Assembly: GCA_963841565.1 (NCBI GenBank)
Contig: CAWJCY010000013.1
Location: forward strand, 56,589-120,588
DNA length: 64,000 nt
Direction: 5' to 3'
Source of the DNA: an uncultured Nitrososphaerales archaeon
Lineage (GTDB): Archaea; Thermoproteota; Nitrososphaeria; Nitrososphaerales; Nitrososphaeraceae
In this document: positions 22,512 through 33,772 of the stretch, piece after piece
Position numbering within the stretch: position 1 is the first letter of the stretch
Layout of the letters: the number at the start of each line of letters is the position of its first letter
Notes under the pieces: model-generated
Seen by the model: only the letters and a program-made list of their open reading frames with translations
What the model was told of the DNA's origin: nothing
Database searches by the model: none
Program-made: the position numbers and the translations under genes

Positions 22512-23876
22512 ATGGTTTGGTTATCATATGATAGAGGGACAATAGTAATAAGGGGACTAATGCACATCCCTTTCGCTACATTAGACCCTAGAACCAATTC
22601 TCTTAGAGCGCAAGCATTAAACTACTATGATATTATCCGCTATCTGCGTGAAAGTGATATAGAGTACACCGACCAGGTTTTCGAACTCATACCTTCTCCC
22701 CATTTCATTGTAAAAGATGTTTCGTTGAGGGATTATCAGCAAAAGGCCCTGAATAGATGGAAAAAAGTGGGTATGAGAGGCTGTATTGTGCTTCCAACAG
22801 GTGCGGGCAAGACGATATTAGGAATCAAATCTATTGAAACTGTAAATTCTGCAGTGTTAGTAGTAGTACCTACATTGGATCTAATGCATCAATGGACTGA
22901 AGTAATATCAAGCTACATAACAAATACATCGATCGGAAATCTAGGTGGCGGATCCGAAGAAATAGAGGCAATAACTGTAGCTACCTATGACTCTGCCTAC
23001 ATCAGAGCACCAAGTCTTGGCAACAGATTCTCTTTTGTAATATTTGATGAGGTGCATCATCTGGCCGCGCCAGGCTATAGATCTATAGCTGAACAACTGG
23101 CAGCCCCATACAGGTTAGGTCTTACTGCGACGATTGAAAGGGAAGATAAATTACATTTGGACTTTCCAAAATTAGTTGGTGGTGGAGTAGTCTTCGAAAT
23201 CCACCCAACCGAGCTTGCCAAGAGCAGACATCTTGCGTCCTATGAAATCAAGAGGATGCAAGTCGAGTTGACCCCTCAGGAGCAGAACGAATATCATAAG
23301 AACTTCGGAACATACCAACTCTGCCTTAAGAAACTGGGAATTCGGATGCACTATCATGGCTCATTTAGAAGATTGATTATGATGTCGACTAAGAATAAGG
23401 TAGCGCGAGAAGCCTTGCTTGCCAGAAATAAGGCAATGGATATCGCCCTAAACAGTCAATCAAAGTTGAAGGTATTGCGGAATATACTTGCGGAGAATAG
23501 CGGTGTGAAGACTATAATTTTTACTCAACACAACAGCTTGGTCTATTCAATTGCCAATGAGTTTTTGATTCCTGCAATAACTCATAGAACAGACAAATTA
23601 GAAAGAAAGGATGTATTATTAGGCTTCAAAGAGGGACGTTATTTGGCCATAGTTACATCGAAAGTATTGGATGAAGGAGTGGATGTACCTGATGCAAAAC
23701 TAGGCATCATAGTTAGCGGGACAGGGAGTGGAAGAGAATATATTCAACGACTCGGTAGGCTTTTGAGACCAAAGCTGGCTAGTACTGACGGTCCCGATCA
23801 AAAAGCCAAACTGATCGAAATCATATCATCAAATACTCGTGAAACAGGTACCAGCGAAAGAAGGAAAAAGCTCTAA
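22512..23876 (+). CDS. xpb: XPB/Rad25-like SF2 DNA repair helicase
   Basis: LRDYQ, LPTGAGKT, DEVHH, LGLTATIERED (RED motif), VLDEGVDVPDA, QRLGRLLR. Confidence 0.9.
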   Translation: MVWLSYDRGTIVIRGLMHIPFATLDPRTNSLRAQALNYYDIIRYLRESDIEYTDQVFELIPSPHFIVKDVSLRDYQQKALNRWKKVGMRGCIVLPTGAGKTILGIKSIETVNSAVLVVVPTLDLMHQWTEVISSYITNTSIGNLGGGSEEIEAITVATYDSAYIRAPSLGNRFSFVIFDEVHHLAAPGYRSIAEQLAAPYRLGLTATIEREDKLHLDFPKLVGGGVVFEIHPTELAKSRHLASYEIKRMQVELTPQEQNEYHKNFGTYQLCLKKLGIRMHYHGSFRRLIMMSTKNKVAREALLARNKAMDIALNSQSKLKVLRNILAENSGVKTIIFTQHNSLVYSIANEFLIPAITHRTDKLERKDVLLGFKEGRYLAIVTSKVLDEGVDVPDAKLGIIVSGTGSGREYIQRLGRLLRPKLASTDGPDQKAKLIEIISSNTRETGTSERRKKL

Positions 23877-24643
23877 CTCGAATTAATCAAAAAAGGAAAA
23901 AAGAACAGGATAATGAAGATGACGAATATTTGATGCATGAGACAGTAGTGTAGGGACATAAGCAGGCATTGGGACTGATCTTATTGGTGAAGCCCCGGTG
24001 TTAGATTGTTTAGGAATTAAAATCATCGATTGTTATTTCTAGGAGCTCCTGAATCAGTCTTCAAACACCTCTCTTGATTGCTCAATCAAATGTAACAGAA
24101 TTGGCCTAATGGCGCCCTTTGAAGGGATCTTACATATAGAAACAATGTAAATATTAAATACCTCTTTCATTAGCTATTTGTCTGTACACATACTATGAAG
24201 GTGATACTAGCTAGCGAGACATATCCTCTATAACATCATCTTGTCTTGGACAATCTAAGATACTCCACCTTATTGGGAACAAATAGTGGAATCCATAACT
24301 TGATGGTTAATAAAGAGGTGATAGGGACTATCTGATGCCTTGGATTCATGCTGATACCATGGATCATTAATATTCCTAAAGTTGAAGCTGTAGATTGGTT
24401 CCGCTCTTTGGGTTTTTCAGAATGCAATTGTTTGTTGCTTGTTGAAGTATTAGAATGCGTCAATAGCAATTACAATGGAACAGAACTATTGAGCTTAGTC
24501 GAAGACCAAGCATAAAATGACTGCCAACTACGTGTGAATACAATTGCTGCCCTTCGCTACGATAGCAGTTCGGTACGATAAAATGACAGTTGGCTGGAAA
24601 GATTTTTAGTTGCTTATTGCGCTATTATAGTGCGGGTTAAAAA

Positions 24644-25708
24644 TTGAATCTAATTTGGTCAGAGTTTGTGAAGGCAAGACCAAAGTTAACATTGAAATCT
24701 GCATCGATGTTAATATTGGTGAGTTTCATCTTGCTTCCGAATACATTTATCGTTAGCACATTCAATTTAACTGATTTATATACCGATCAGCCTAGAAGGC
24801 ATAGCTACGCATTTGCAACATTAGACAGCGAAACAAATTCATTGACGTCTTCGACTTCGGCTAATCTGGACACCGGTCCTGGAAGTATAGAATATAACGC
24901 TAGGTATTTTTGTGGCACAATTGTTGGCCAGGACGGTCCTCTTAGGCCAGGACGCTATAATTCAGACATAAATATCTTCAATCGGCAGTTATATCCAATT
25001 TCTTTTCTCTGGAACGCAGTTCCCTCTTCAACCCTACAAATGAGCAAAGAAGTTGGTGGACCATCCGGTGATTCCAAACCTTTTACCGCCGATACAAGTT
25101 ACAAGTTGCACACTTTAGCGCCCGGGGATTCCATTAGCCTAAGCTGCAGGGATTTTGTTCCTTCTTTTTCGTTATACTCCAATACCACGGACGGTATCGA
25201 TAGATTCATTGAAGGAGTATCCACTATAAGCATTGATCTAGATCCATCAATTCAAGCTGCAATAACCTCCTCCTCTACAGGGGTGGTCGTATCTCAACCT
25301 TCTGGCGAAGGAACAAGCGAACCGAGTACTAATGTATTGAGTGTTGATGCTATCTACACAGTAAATGCACTAGAAGTACCCAGCAGAGAGATTGTATTGC
25401 AACTAGTCGAGTACACCATAAATAAACAGGATGCAGATGGAAAATTGCCTATGGAAATAATTTCCACACCACTCAGTATAACGGTACCTATAAGGACAAA
25501 TGAGACCGTGAATCCTGATACACAAGTTAAAGACATTCTAGCAAGAGAGTATTCCTTAAATGCAACAGAAAAACAAAGTCTTGACATCACCATAAGAAAT
25601 CTTAGTCTGGGCGTTGGGGCATTGGATGATAATCATGCTATTTCTCTGCAGCGAATAAATGCCTATCAACCGGCTCCTCCTTCAGCTGCTAATTCCACTT
25701 CACCATAA
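24644..25708 (+). CDS. Secreted hypothetical protein
   Basis: Hydrophobic N-region, AFA-T site; YNARYFCG...GPLRPGRYNSDINIFN block; Cys pair. Confidence 0.75.
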   Translation: MNLIWSEFVKARPKLTLKSASMLILVSFILLPNTFIVSTFNLTDLYTDQPRRHSYAFATLDSETNSLTSSTSANLDTGPGSIEYNARYFCGTIVGQDGPLRPGRYNSDINIFNRQLYPISFLWNAVPSSTLQMSKEVGGPSGDSKPFTADTSYKLHTLAPGDSISLSCRDFVPSFSLYSNTTDGIDRFIEGVSTISIDLDPSIQAAITSSSTGVVVSQPSGEGTSEPSTNVLSVDAIYTVNALEVPSREIVLQLVEYTINKQDADGKLPMEIISTPLSITVPIRTNETVNPDTQVKDILAREYSLNATEKQSLDITIRNLSLGVGALDDNHAISLQRINAYQPAPPSAANSTSP

Positions 25709-25865
25709 TATTATGAAACCTAGATTACTACAAGCTTTGGAATATCTGAACACGTGCATCAGATATTCTACTATTTCTAATCTCATGTTCAAGTACATCA
25801 TATTTGAGAATAGGAGGGTTTAATTCCTGTCGTGGTATTTGTCACTTTGTTCATAAATTGAGATT

Positions 25866-26411
25866 CTAATCATTTCTACTGCAGCAAATAAGGTAGGCAA
25901 TGAGTGTGCCCGCATTTTCAACTTTCTTTTCTTTAATTAAATCTTTCAATTGACATACGGTTAATGTCTCAATGTCAGTGATTACTTCTGTGGTTTCGTA
26001 TCTTGGCTTGTCCTTAGTTAGGTCTGTTGCTTTGAAAAGGTGGACCAGTTGCATTGATTTGCTTACTGAAGGATGGTAACTGTATACGTGTTCTATTACC
26101 TTTGCAGAGTATCCTGTTTCTTCTAACAATTCTCGCTTTGCAGTCGTTATCATATTCTCTCCAGGGTCCATGTGTCCTGCGGGGAATTCTAGTAGAATCT
26201 TTTGTAGAGGATACCTAAATTGTTTAATCATGACCAAAGTATTATCATCAAGAAATGGCACAATTAAGACAACATCGGGAGATTTGTACCAGGTATACTC
26301 TATCGTATTTCCACTGTTCGATACTTGAACTTTGTCCTGGTATAGCGTTATCCATCGATTTTCAAAAATTCTGTTATTTTCGAGTGTTTTCCAGTTATTT
26401 GATATATTCAA
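25866..26411 (-). CDS. NUDIX hydrolase (NudF/ADPRase-like)
   Basis: KQFRYP, LEFPAGHMDPGE...AKRELLEETG. Confidence 0.9.
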   Translation of the reverse strand: MNISNNWKTLENNRIFENRWITLYQDKVQVSNSGNTIEYTWYKSPDVVLIVPFLDDNTLVMIKQFRYPLQKILLEFPAGHMDPGENMITTAKRELLEETGYSAKVIEHVYSYHPSVSKSMQLVHLFKATDLTKDKPRYETTEVITDIETLTVCQLKDLIKEKKVENAGTLIAYLICCSRND

Positions 26412-26715
26412 GCCAACATTACTTTTTCCTTAACATGTTTAAATATATCACTCAAGGTTGATCACAGAGGGAAATTCAGTCGTTTGCACATTCTCCGATT
26501 CTTAGAATTAAAATACCATTTGATAAGCTGTTACCAAGTTATTAGTTAGGCCTGAGAAAATAGGAGATTATCACTGAGCTATCAGCCAAGTTAATCGTGA
26601 AACTTGTCAGATTATTTATACTCTCGTACAACTGCGTCACATCAGTTCCAAATAAGGAAATCCAACTTTAACTATCTGCGGGCGGATCACATCTACATAA
26701 ATCTATTGACCCATC

Positions 26716-27261
26716 TTACTTGTTTATCAATACCTTCGAATATGCATCTATGAATCTTTTTGCGTACATGTTAGCATTCTTCTCTGACCCTCGGTGCACC
26801 CCGCCTCTGGATCTCAGATGATGGTAGAACTCGTGAAGTACTACAAAAGGATTGTAAAATATGTCCGAATTCATAGCGTAAATCCTATTTTCATTTTGAA
26901 CATATACAGCATATACAGTCTTCCTCTTTCCCTTGATAGTGCCTACTACTATTTCTGGAGGACGGATATTGTACAGGCTGCTCAGATCTGATAGCGCTTG
27001 TTCAGTGTCTTTGTTAAGAATCTTCCGTACAATTCTTGCCATGCTCTTTTCGTCTAATAAAATACTTAATGAAGGAGTATCGGGCATATTTATGCTATAC
27101 GATTGCGTCAGTATTTTAATATGCTTTCGTATATCGAAATGGATTGCATACTTTATGCATAAAGCCTTGCCTTCTAGATGGCCTATCATCATCCTCATTG
27201 GAAACTCAGTGCTATTCACTGTACGACCAGTTACTCTATTAAGGACCCATTTAGAATTCAA
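26716..27261 (-). CDS. Small HEXXH (zincin-like) protein; likely start at MPDTPS (27087)
   Basis: VLHEFYHH followed by GSEKNAN (candidate third ligand Glu). Confidence 0.65.
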   Translation of the reverse strand: MNSKWVLNRVTGRTVNSTEFPMRMMIGHLEGKALCIKYAIHFDIRKHIKILTQSYSINMPDTPSLSILLDEKSMARIVRKILNKDTEQALSDLSSLYNIRPPEIVVGTIKGKRKTVYAVYVQNENRIYAMNSDIFYNPFVVLHEFYHHLRSRGGVHRGSEKNANMYAKRFIDAYSKVLINK

Positions 27262-27622
27262 GAATAGTATTGGTCCACTTCGTCTATATGTCTAGATAAA
27301 ACACAATTCCCGCTTGCGCTGGGTTGATAAGTATGACTATTGGTACTACGAATACCTCCGCAACTGGTATTTGTCTGCGGTTGCCTCTGAATCTTATAGG
27401 AAAGTCTGATATAACTCCAGATTTAATCGGTTTTTTTTCTAGCGAAACCTAGCGGTTCATGTGTAAGGGAAGGAACCTATCATTAATTTTCAACAAACGC
27501 TGTCCTCATCTAATTGCCTCAGATGGCCTGACCCTAACCTTGGAGCAATTGATTCAATTGAAGGATTCACTGGATAGATGATCCAAGTTATATTTCTCTA
27601 CATGGTATGAATAATATACGGT

Positions 27623-28180
27623 ATGTCTGACAACCAATACATTTCAGAAAAAAAGGATGAAATGCCTCTCCCACCTGAACTGCTGCCTGGAGAGGTTGTT
27701 ACACAAGAAATGACTCCTGTGGAAAAAATGATTCCACTTGAGGCAAGCATTGAGTCAACAGTTACCGAGGGAAAACTTCCAAAACCGGAATCTGAATTAA
27801 AACAAGAAAAGCATCGCCTTAGGAAAATGACTCGGATGCGACAAACAAGCGCAAAGTTAGGTCAATTATTGAAGCAAGTCAAGAGAAATGAAGCTGAGAT
27901 TTATGAAATCAGGAAGTCGATAGAGTCCTTAGATCGTATGGAGAGGATAGCTGCTAGAAGCAACTTGCAGCTATTGAAACAACTTCTGTTGCGGCTTGCT
28001 CAATTGCACAACCAAGTGATGCGAATTCAGAAAGACTTTCGCAGAATGAGGACATCCACAGCGTCGAGGACCAGAACTCGAAAAATCAAGGCGTCAGGTG
28101 GTAAAACTACTCGCAAAATGAAATCTAAAAAACGCGGATCATCTCTTCTTGCTAAAACTAGAAGGAGGACAACCAGATAG
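27623..28180 (+). CDS. Coiled-coil protein with a highly basic C-terminal tail
   Basis: Acidic Pro-rich N-terminus, heptad-rich middle, R/K/T/S-rich tail. Confidence 0.75.
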   Translation: MSDNQYISEKKDEMPLPPELLPGEVVTQEMTPVEKMIPLEASIESTVTEGKLPKPESELKQEKHRLRKMTRMRQTSAKLGQLLKQVKRNEAEIYEIRKSIESLDRMERIAARSNLQLLKQLLLRLAQLHNQVMRIQKDFRRMRTSTASRTRTRKIKASGGKTTRKMKSKKRGSSLLAKTRRRTTR

Positions 28181-29363
28181 CAACAATTAGCAGTTCTGTT
28201 AGTTGTATAAGCAGACTGATTCAACACAGAAGTCTAGACTAGTACTAAAACACAACATTTTTGGATTCATTATCAGGGTCGTGCATTTAATAGATGGTAG
28301 GGGTACGGCCATCCAATTTCTGAACATTTTGCAGTGACTGAGCACCATTGATTATGATGCAAGAATACTGCAACGTCAGCTTTCATATAGTAACGTCACT
28401 GTGATAAAGAAAAGGTGAGTGGGCCGAGAAGCAGATAAACTCATGCTAATCTGTAAGCCATTTACTCCTCCAACCCCATAGATTTGTGGATTTTCTCAAA
28501 CTCAATATCTGCCCACAGTCCCAAAACAGCCGCAAAATGATATCCTTTGATGGTCAGATGACCTGATCCCCTCAAATGGATCACCTAAATGGATCTAGCA
28601 TTGGTGGCCCAAATGTTCTTCATGTATTAAGAAAAAGTGGTATTAACGCATTAGCGTTGACTGCCGGTATAATTTCTTCATAATCCAAGGCACATGCTCA
28701 AATCAATTAAACAATTCAAATATCGAAGCATAAAAGTAAGAATTATTCAAACGGCAGGAAATTAGCCCGCCGCCGGGTCATGGTTGATCTAGCCAGAATA
28801 ATCCCAATAACCGGGAATACGATATGCATTATTCAATAAAAGAGTTACATATCTAAGCATAGCCCGTATTGGGATACATTTACTATCACGAAGAGGGTCG
28901 CTGTTGTCTGCATTTGGTAATATGTAATATACATACGTCGTATCTAAGTTAGTGATACTGCAAACATAATATTACTAAGGATACTTCTGATCTTTCTTTT
29001 CATCATCGGAGTCATGACGTGTCCCATGTGTTTTTATGAATCTTAATAAATCACTGGAATGATGGTCTTCAACCATATAGTAGTTCTTTAGATTTTCAAT
29101 TGTTTGATCATCGTAATGACTTCTACTATCCCCTTTTTTCTTCTCCGTTCTCAATATATTATTAAGTAATCAGATAAAATAAAAAACTATCGGATAATAT
29201 TTTATGTATTATTCTATATATTTAGTACACGAATTTAAATTTGGTCAGAAACTGGCGTAACTGCTGTCATAAATGCCTGATAATTTATTTCTAAAATAAA
29301 GTTGTTTGCTAGATTCGTAGAGTTAAATTAAAATACATCAATTAAGGAAAAGGAGGCTTCACT

Positions 29364-29820
29364 ATGGGAAAGGGTTGCGACAGTAATGATGGTGGTGATG
29401 AGCAAAAGTATAGTACTAGAATTGAAATGGATGTGGATAATAAACGTATTCATGATGATGGTGACAATACTAATGGTAGTAACTCCATAGAGGACCCTGC
29501 AGCCACAAGTGTTGATGCATTAGATAACTGTACTACTGCATTTGTGGAGAGGTTGGATTCGGGCAGAAAGCAGTAATCACCTAATGAATTTGGATTTACC
29601 CATCATTTTACTGGAATTCATTAAGGATAACCGTACAATATTATATGATTGGAATTTAGAATCTGAGATAGATGTGGAAATCAAAGAAGCTGTTCCATTT
29701 CGTACATCATGCATCCTAGATGAGTGTTCACGCGTAGGATTTACTACATCCTTAACAAATGTGTAAGAGCCGGTTAGTAGTTATCAAGAATTATCTGTAG
29801 ACGATATTGTCAATAATTTG
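29364..29820 (+). pseudogene. Fragmented hypothetical protein
   Basis: Overlapping ORFs 29364..29576 and 29542..29766, with protein-like continuation after a stop. Confidence 0.35.
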
Positions 29821-30060
29821 ACTACTATGATTAGGATAGATGCAAAGATTAGCCTATTCATTTTCTGCGATTTAGCTCATCTATCTATTCCGTTGATTCT
29901 TCTATCTTGTCACTAGGTGAAGGGCCAAGCGGAGATTCAGGGGCGAATATCCTCCTTGTCTTCCCAACTTATAAAATGAGAAAATATGATAAAACAATCC
30001 TATCCTAACAAGGCTGAGCCATCGCTTAAGTAAAAATCGCTAGTGATTCCTACAAAGTTT

Positions 30061-30420
30061 TTAATCGTTCAGACGGTTCACTATCTCTATTTTAGATAAT
30101 TCAGCCAAGGGAGCTGCGTATTCGTAAACAATTTGATCACTACTTATTTTCCTCATTATGCCCCTTATTTCCGTGACTTCTATCTGCTTTTTTATTCGTT
30201 GAAATCGCCACATAGACTGACCTATCACAATTTTGAATCTCATATTTCCAGATTCGTAATCCTTCTTTTCTAAGGTCCAGTATTCAGATTCTTGAGTATT
30301 TTCATCAATTTTTGGATTTAGATTCAGAAAATGCGCAACTATTCTTTCAGATCTTCCATCGTATTCGATCAAAAATATCCTTTTATCATTAACAAACTCC
30401 AGACGTATCATGTCGGCCAT
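30061..30420 (-). CDS. Hypothetical protein
   Basis: 119-aa ATG ORF with protein-like composition. Confidence 0.6.
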   Translation of the reverse strand: MADMIRLEFVNDKRIFLIEYDGRSERIVAHFLNLNPKIDENTQESEYWTLEKKDYESGNMRFKIVIGQSMWRFQRIKKQIEVTEIRGIMRKISSDQIVYEYAAPLAELSKIEIVNRLND

Positions 30421-30827
30421 AAAACTTTCGTCGCCTGAGTACCTGAATTTCTATCTTCGGGTTCGCTTGGGTCTCTTCATTTTGGGACATTATTGATTGG
30501 CTACCAGCCATTTAAAGAATGACTAGCCTATTAAAAAAAGTATTCAGGAAAGTCATTTAGGGGAGCTAGAGGATTTATCAATAAATCCAAATTCTTTTGT
30601 GCAGTTACAGATAAGAATCAGGGAGGTTAAGTTAAAGTAATGCTTACAAATTTACTCAGTTCAGAAGGTCATAATCACTGCAAGAAAGGACGAAACGCCG
30701 TTTAGATGATAAAGATGGCCTCCAATTCTCTGCTCATCCTTTAGTTTAGGCTATTTTTTACTGTGAATGCATTTATTTTAGTATTTTAGCGGATATCCTT
30801 AACTGACAGTAAATCAAAAAGGGCACT

Positions 30828-31454
30828 ATGGTACAAGACAAGCAAAGACAAAAAAATGACGAAATTTTACACAGTTCTAACAATACACATGCAAAAAGAA
30901 AGGCTTTGAAGGATATAATCATTATTGGAGGGGTAATATTGTTGGCATGGTACCTCACAGCATATGTTTTTTCGTCAGTAATACCACAATGGGCCATGAC
31001 ATACATAAAAATTGCAGAGATTTTAATTATAGGTTATTTTTTTGTGGAAATAGTAAGCAATTTGGTATTCCGCCTGACTTCCAATTATTTTGGAGATACT
31101 GCACATTCTATCAAAGTTTTCATAAGAATAGCTAGTGCTATTGTAATCGCTGCAATCATTATTTCATACCTCAGTAAAGACCCACTAGTAGCAGCTTCCA
31201 TAACTACAATCACAGGGTTGGTGATAGGGTTTGCCTCGCAATCACTTATTGGAAACCTAATAGCTGGTTTGTATTTAGCCAGCACAAGGCCATTCAAAGT
31301 TGGAGACAACATAACGGTATTTGGAAACACTGGCCTGATATATGAAATAGGCCTCCTGTATAGCAGGCTCCTGTCTGACACAGGCGATATAATCATTGCA
31401 TCCAATAATTCACTGGTATCAGCTACGATTAAAGTTCACAAGAAAGAAATTTGA
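30828..31454 (+). CDS. Short MscS-family mechanosensitive channel protein
   Basis: TM helices, IGFASQSLIGNLIAG, RPFKVGDNI. Confidence 0.85.
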   Translation: MVQDKQRQKNDEILHSSNNTHAKRKALKDIIIIGGVILLAWYLTAYVFSSVIPQWAMTYIKIAEILIIGYFFVEIVSNLVFRLTSNYFGDTAHSIKVFIRIASAIVIAAIIISYLSKDPLVAASITTITGLVIGFASQSLIGNLIAGLYLASTRPFKVGDNITVFGNTGLIYEIGLLYSRLLSDTGDIIIASNNSLVSATIKVHKKEI

Positions 31455-32152
31455 AGAGAATATTCTCAGCTACGACCAGTGGAGTAGGGGGGTATAACTA
31501 ATATTTTGGAGATACCCTCAACCTACTTCTATTATTCCTAAGAATATCGATTGAGCTATCGCCTCAGGTTGTGGGAGTTCTCGTAGATGGGGTACCCAAG
31601 GCTAGCGTATATCTCATCGTCTAGATTAGGTTCAGAAATTGTACCTCATAGAAGATGCATAGAGAATTCTTGAAATAATTGAGGCCTTCAAGAATCTTGG
31701 ATTGTAAGTGTTGTCCTCATAGCATATTGTCAAGCATATCTAATCAATGTCGTAGAATCTTCTTTCAAAACCAGATTATCTAACTCAGGACTACTTTTTA
31801 CATCACTGTTTGTGTTCGTCGTTTAAGAAATGCTTAATTAGAGTTCGGATAAAATAAGTCGAAAAATAAGAATCGAGAAAAATTATAATTATGAAAACTT
31901 TAGGACTCTTATTATCATTTGTGTGCTCATGTGTAAGCTATCGTTGTATAAGGCAATGTAAGTGAAGGTGGACCTGATCGATTGACGCTTTTCTAAAAGA
32001 GATTACCTCCAGGTATGGAGATTGGCAAGACTCCGTACTTGCATTATGTCTGCTGACCCAATTTTAGAACGAAGTCAGTTCAGAGCAGCCATTCAGTGAC
32101 TGGCACGGAAGTCTCAGATTTACTAAAACGCCATTGCAAATCAAGTTTTAGT

Positions 32153-32827
32153 CTATTTGTGGATCAATCTACCATGGTATGTGAGATGCTCCTCAATACT
32201 CTTATTGGACCTAAGGGAATGATCGTGACCTACCATTATATGCTGACAGACCGAATTCCCATCATACTGTAGTATCACTCCAGTTTCCTTGTTCCTGATG
32301 GTATGCAGGTTATCCACATATTCCAAACATCCAGGTCTGTAGAATAGTTTGGGTAAATTTTGAACGTCACCATCAACATCTAAAATATTCTCTTCATTCT
32401 TGTCCAGATTGCGTCTTATAGTAGGGAGGCAATACCCATGCGCTTGTGTAACGCTGGTATTAATCTTGTGAAGGAGATCCAAATGGAACAGATCCCAATT
32501 TGTAGCTGTGGGTAAAATGTATTCATCAGAATCTAAGACGATTAGTACATCAATGCCGAGCTTTCTGCATTCATCAAAATACTTTTGTCGCTTCTCCATT
32601 TCCACTAATCCACTTGTTGCTAGATATCTTACGGGATATTGGAAGCTCTTGACAAGATCTAGGCATTGTTGATCTGAAAGCTCTCCTTCCGCCGGGTATT
32701 CCTTAAACTTGCCATCTACGGCAATTAGATAGTCTAATGGATAAGTCTGGAGTGAGTAAAGGCAGCGAGTTAACGAATGTACATCTTGATAGAAACACAG
32801 TCCTATTCCTATCGATAAATTATTCAT
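32153..32827 (-). CDS. GT-A fold (family 2-like) glycosyltransferase
   Basis: L.RCL.SL, IAVDG, IVLDSDEY (DxD). Confidence 0.7.
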   Translation of the reverse strand: MNNLSIGIGLCFYQDVHSLTRCLYSLQTYPLDYLIAVDGKFKEYPAEGELSDQQCLDLVKSFQYPVRYLATSGLVEMEKRQKYFDECRKLGIDVLIVLDSDEYILPTATNWDLFHLDLLHKINTSVTQAHGYCLPTIRRNLDKNEENILDVDGDVQNLPKLFYRPGCLEYVDNLHTIRNKETGVILQYDGNSVCQHIMVGHDHSLRSNKSIEEHLTYHGRLIHK

Positions 32828-33772
32828 ATGTCGAATGCCACCTACAATTTGGGAAATTTTCCATTTACAATGGAATGATATAAGTGTTTGTAATACTTAA
32901 ACGGATCCAGATGATATGCTCATCCAACCACTAAGAGGCACTAAATGTAATCTTTCATGTCACGCGACCAGACCACTTAGGCCCAACTAATTTTTACCAA
33001 TTATGTTGATTTTTTCTAATGAGCGAATGGATCATTTCGTCGGATTGCCAATCCTGTCTTAAATTTCCTATTTGTTCGTGTTCCCTTGGTATTTGAGCGA
33101 GGACATGTTAGTTCTTTTACTAATTAATGAAGTAGCTCCTAATATTAGTTGATGACCTGCCTATTGATTAGACCTATTTTCCTTCACGAATATGTTGTGG
33201 GCTAGAGTATCCTGCGTCTCTATTCAGGTAGTAGGATTTCGAGGAGCACTAGTACCCGAGATAATCGAAATTAAATTCGTATTGGAGAATGTCCCTGAGT
33301 ATGGTGAGATGATCTGTCTTGAAACATTCAAACTAGATTTGTAAAATTCTATTTCTAGATCATAGTATCTGACGTCATCAAGAGTAGCAGAATCATTTAG
33401 TATTAAAAGAATCCTCACTACCAGCTATGAATAAACTTCATAAGTGCAACACCAATAATAGCAAAAGTTATAGTGCCACAATTAGGATAGGCGAAGACAA
33501 ATTTGGTCTGTTAAGAACACTCACTAATTCAAATAATGGAATCGATCTTACCTAAAATCGGTCTTTTGATTAGTATATATTCAGAGTAAATCCATTTATC
33601 CAAAATCCCAACTATTAGCTAGCTTTTGCTTTCAAGCGTATCTACTTGACAAGCGCTAGGTTGCACTAGATGGAGCATCAGTCAATGAAGGATACAATAA
33701 TGAATCGTAACAATGTACCATATGTGTTGTTAGAAAGACTCAAATAATATGGTATGAAGCCAAAAATTGTAG

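Noticed and set aside
31484-31526. Bulged hairpin GTAGG-GGGTAT...ATACCC-CCTAC after mscS
   Set aside because: Short imperfect stem, single copy; at most a 3' terminator-like structure.
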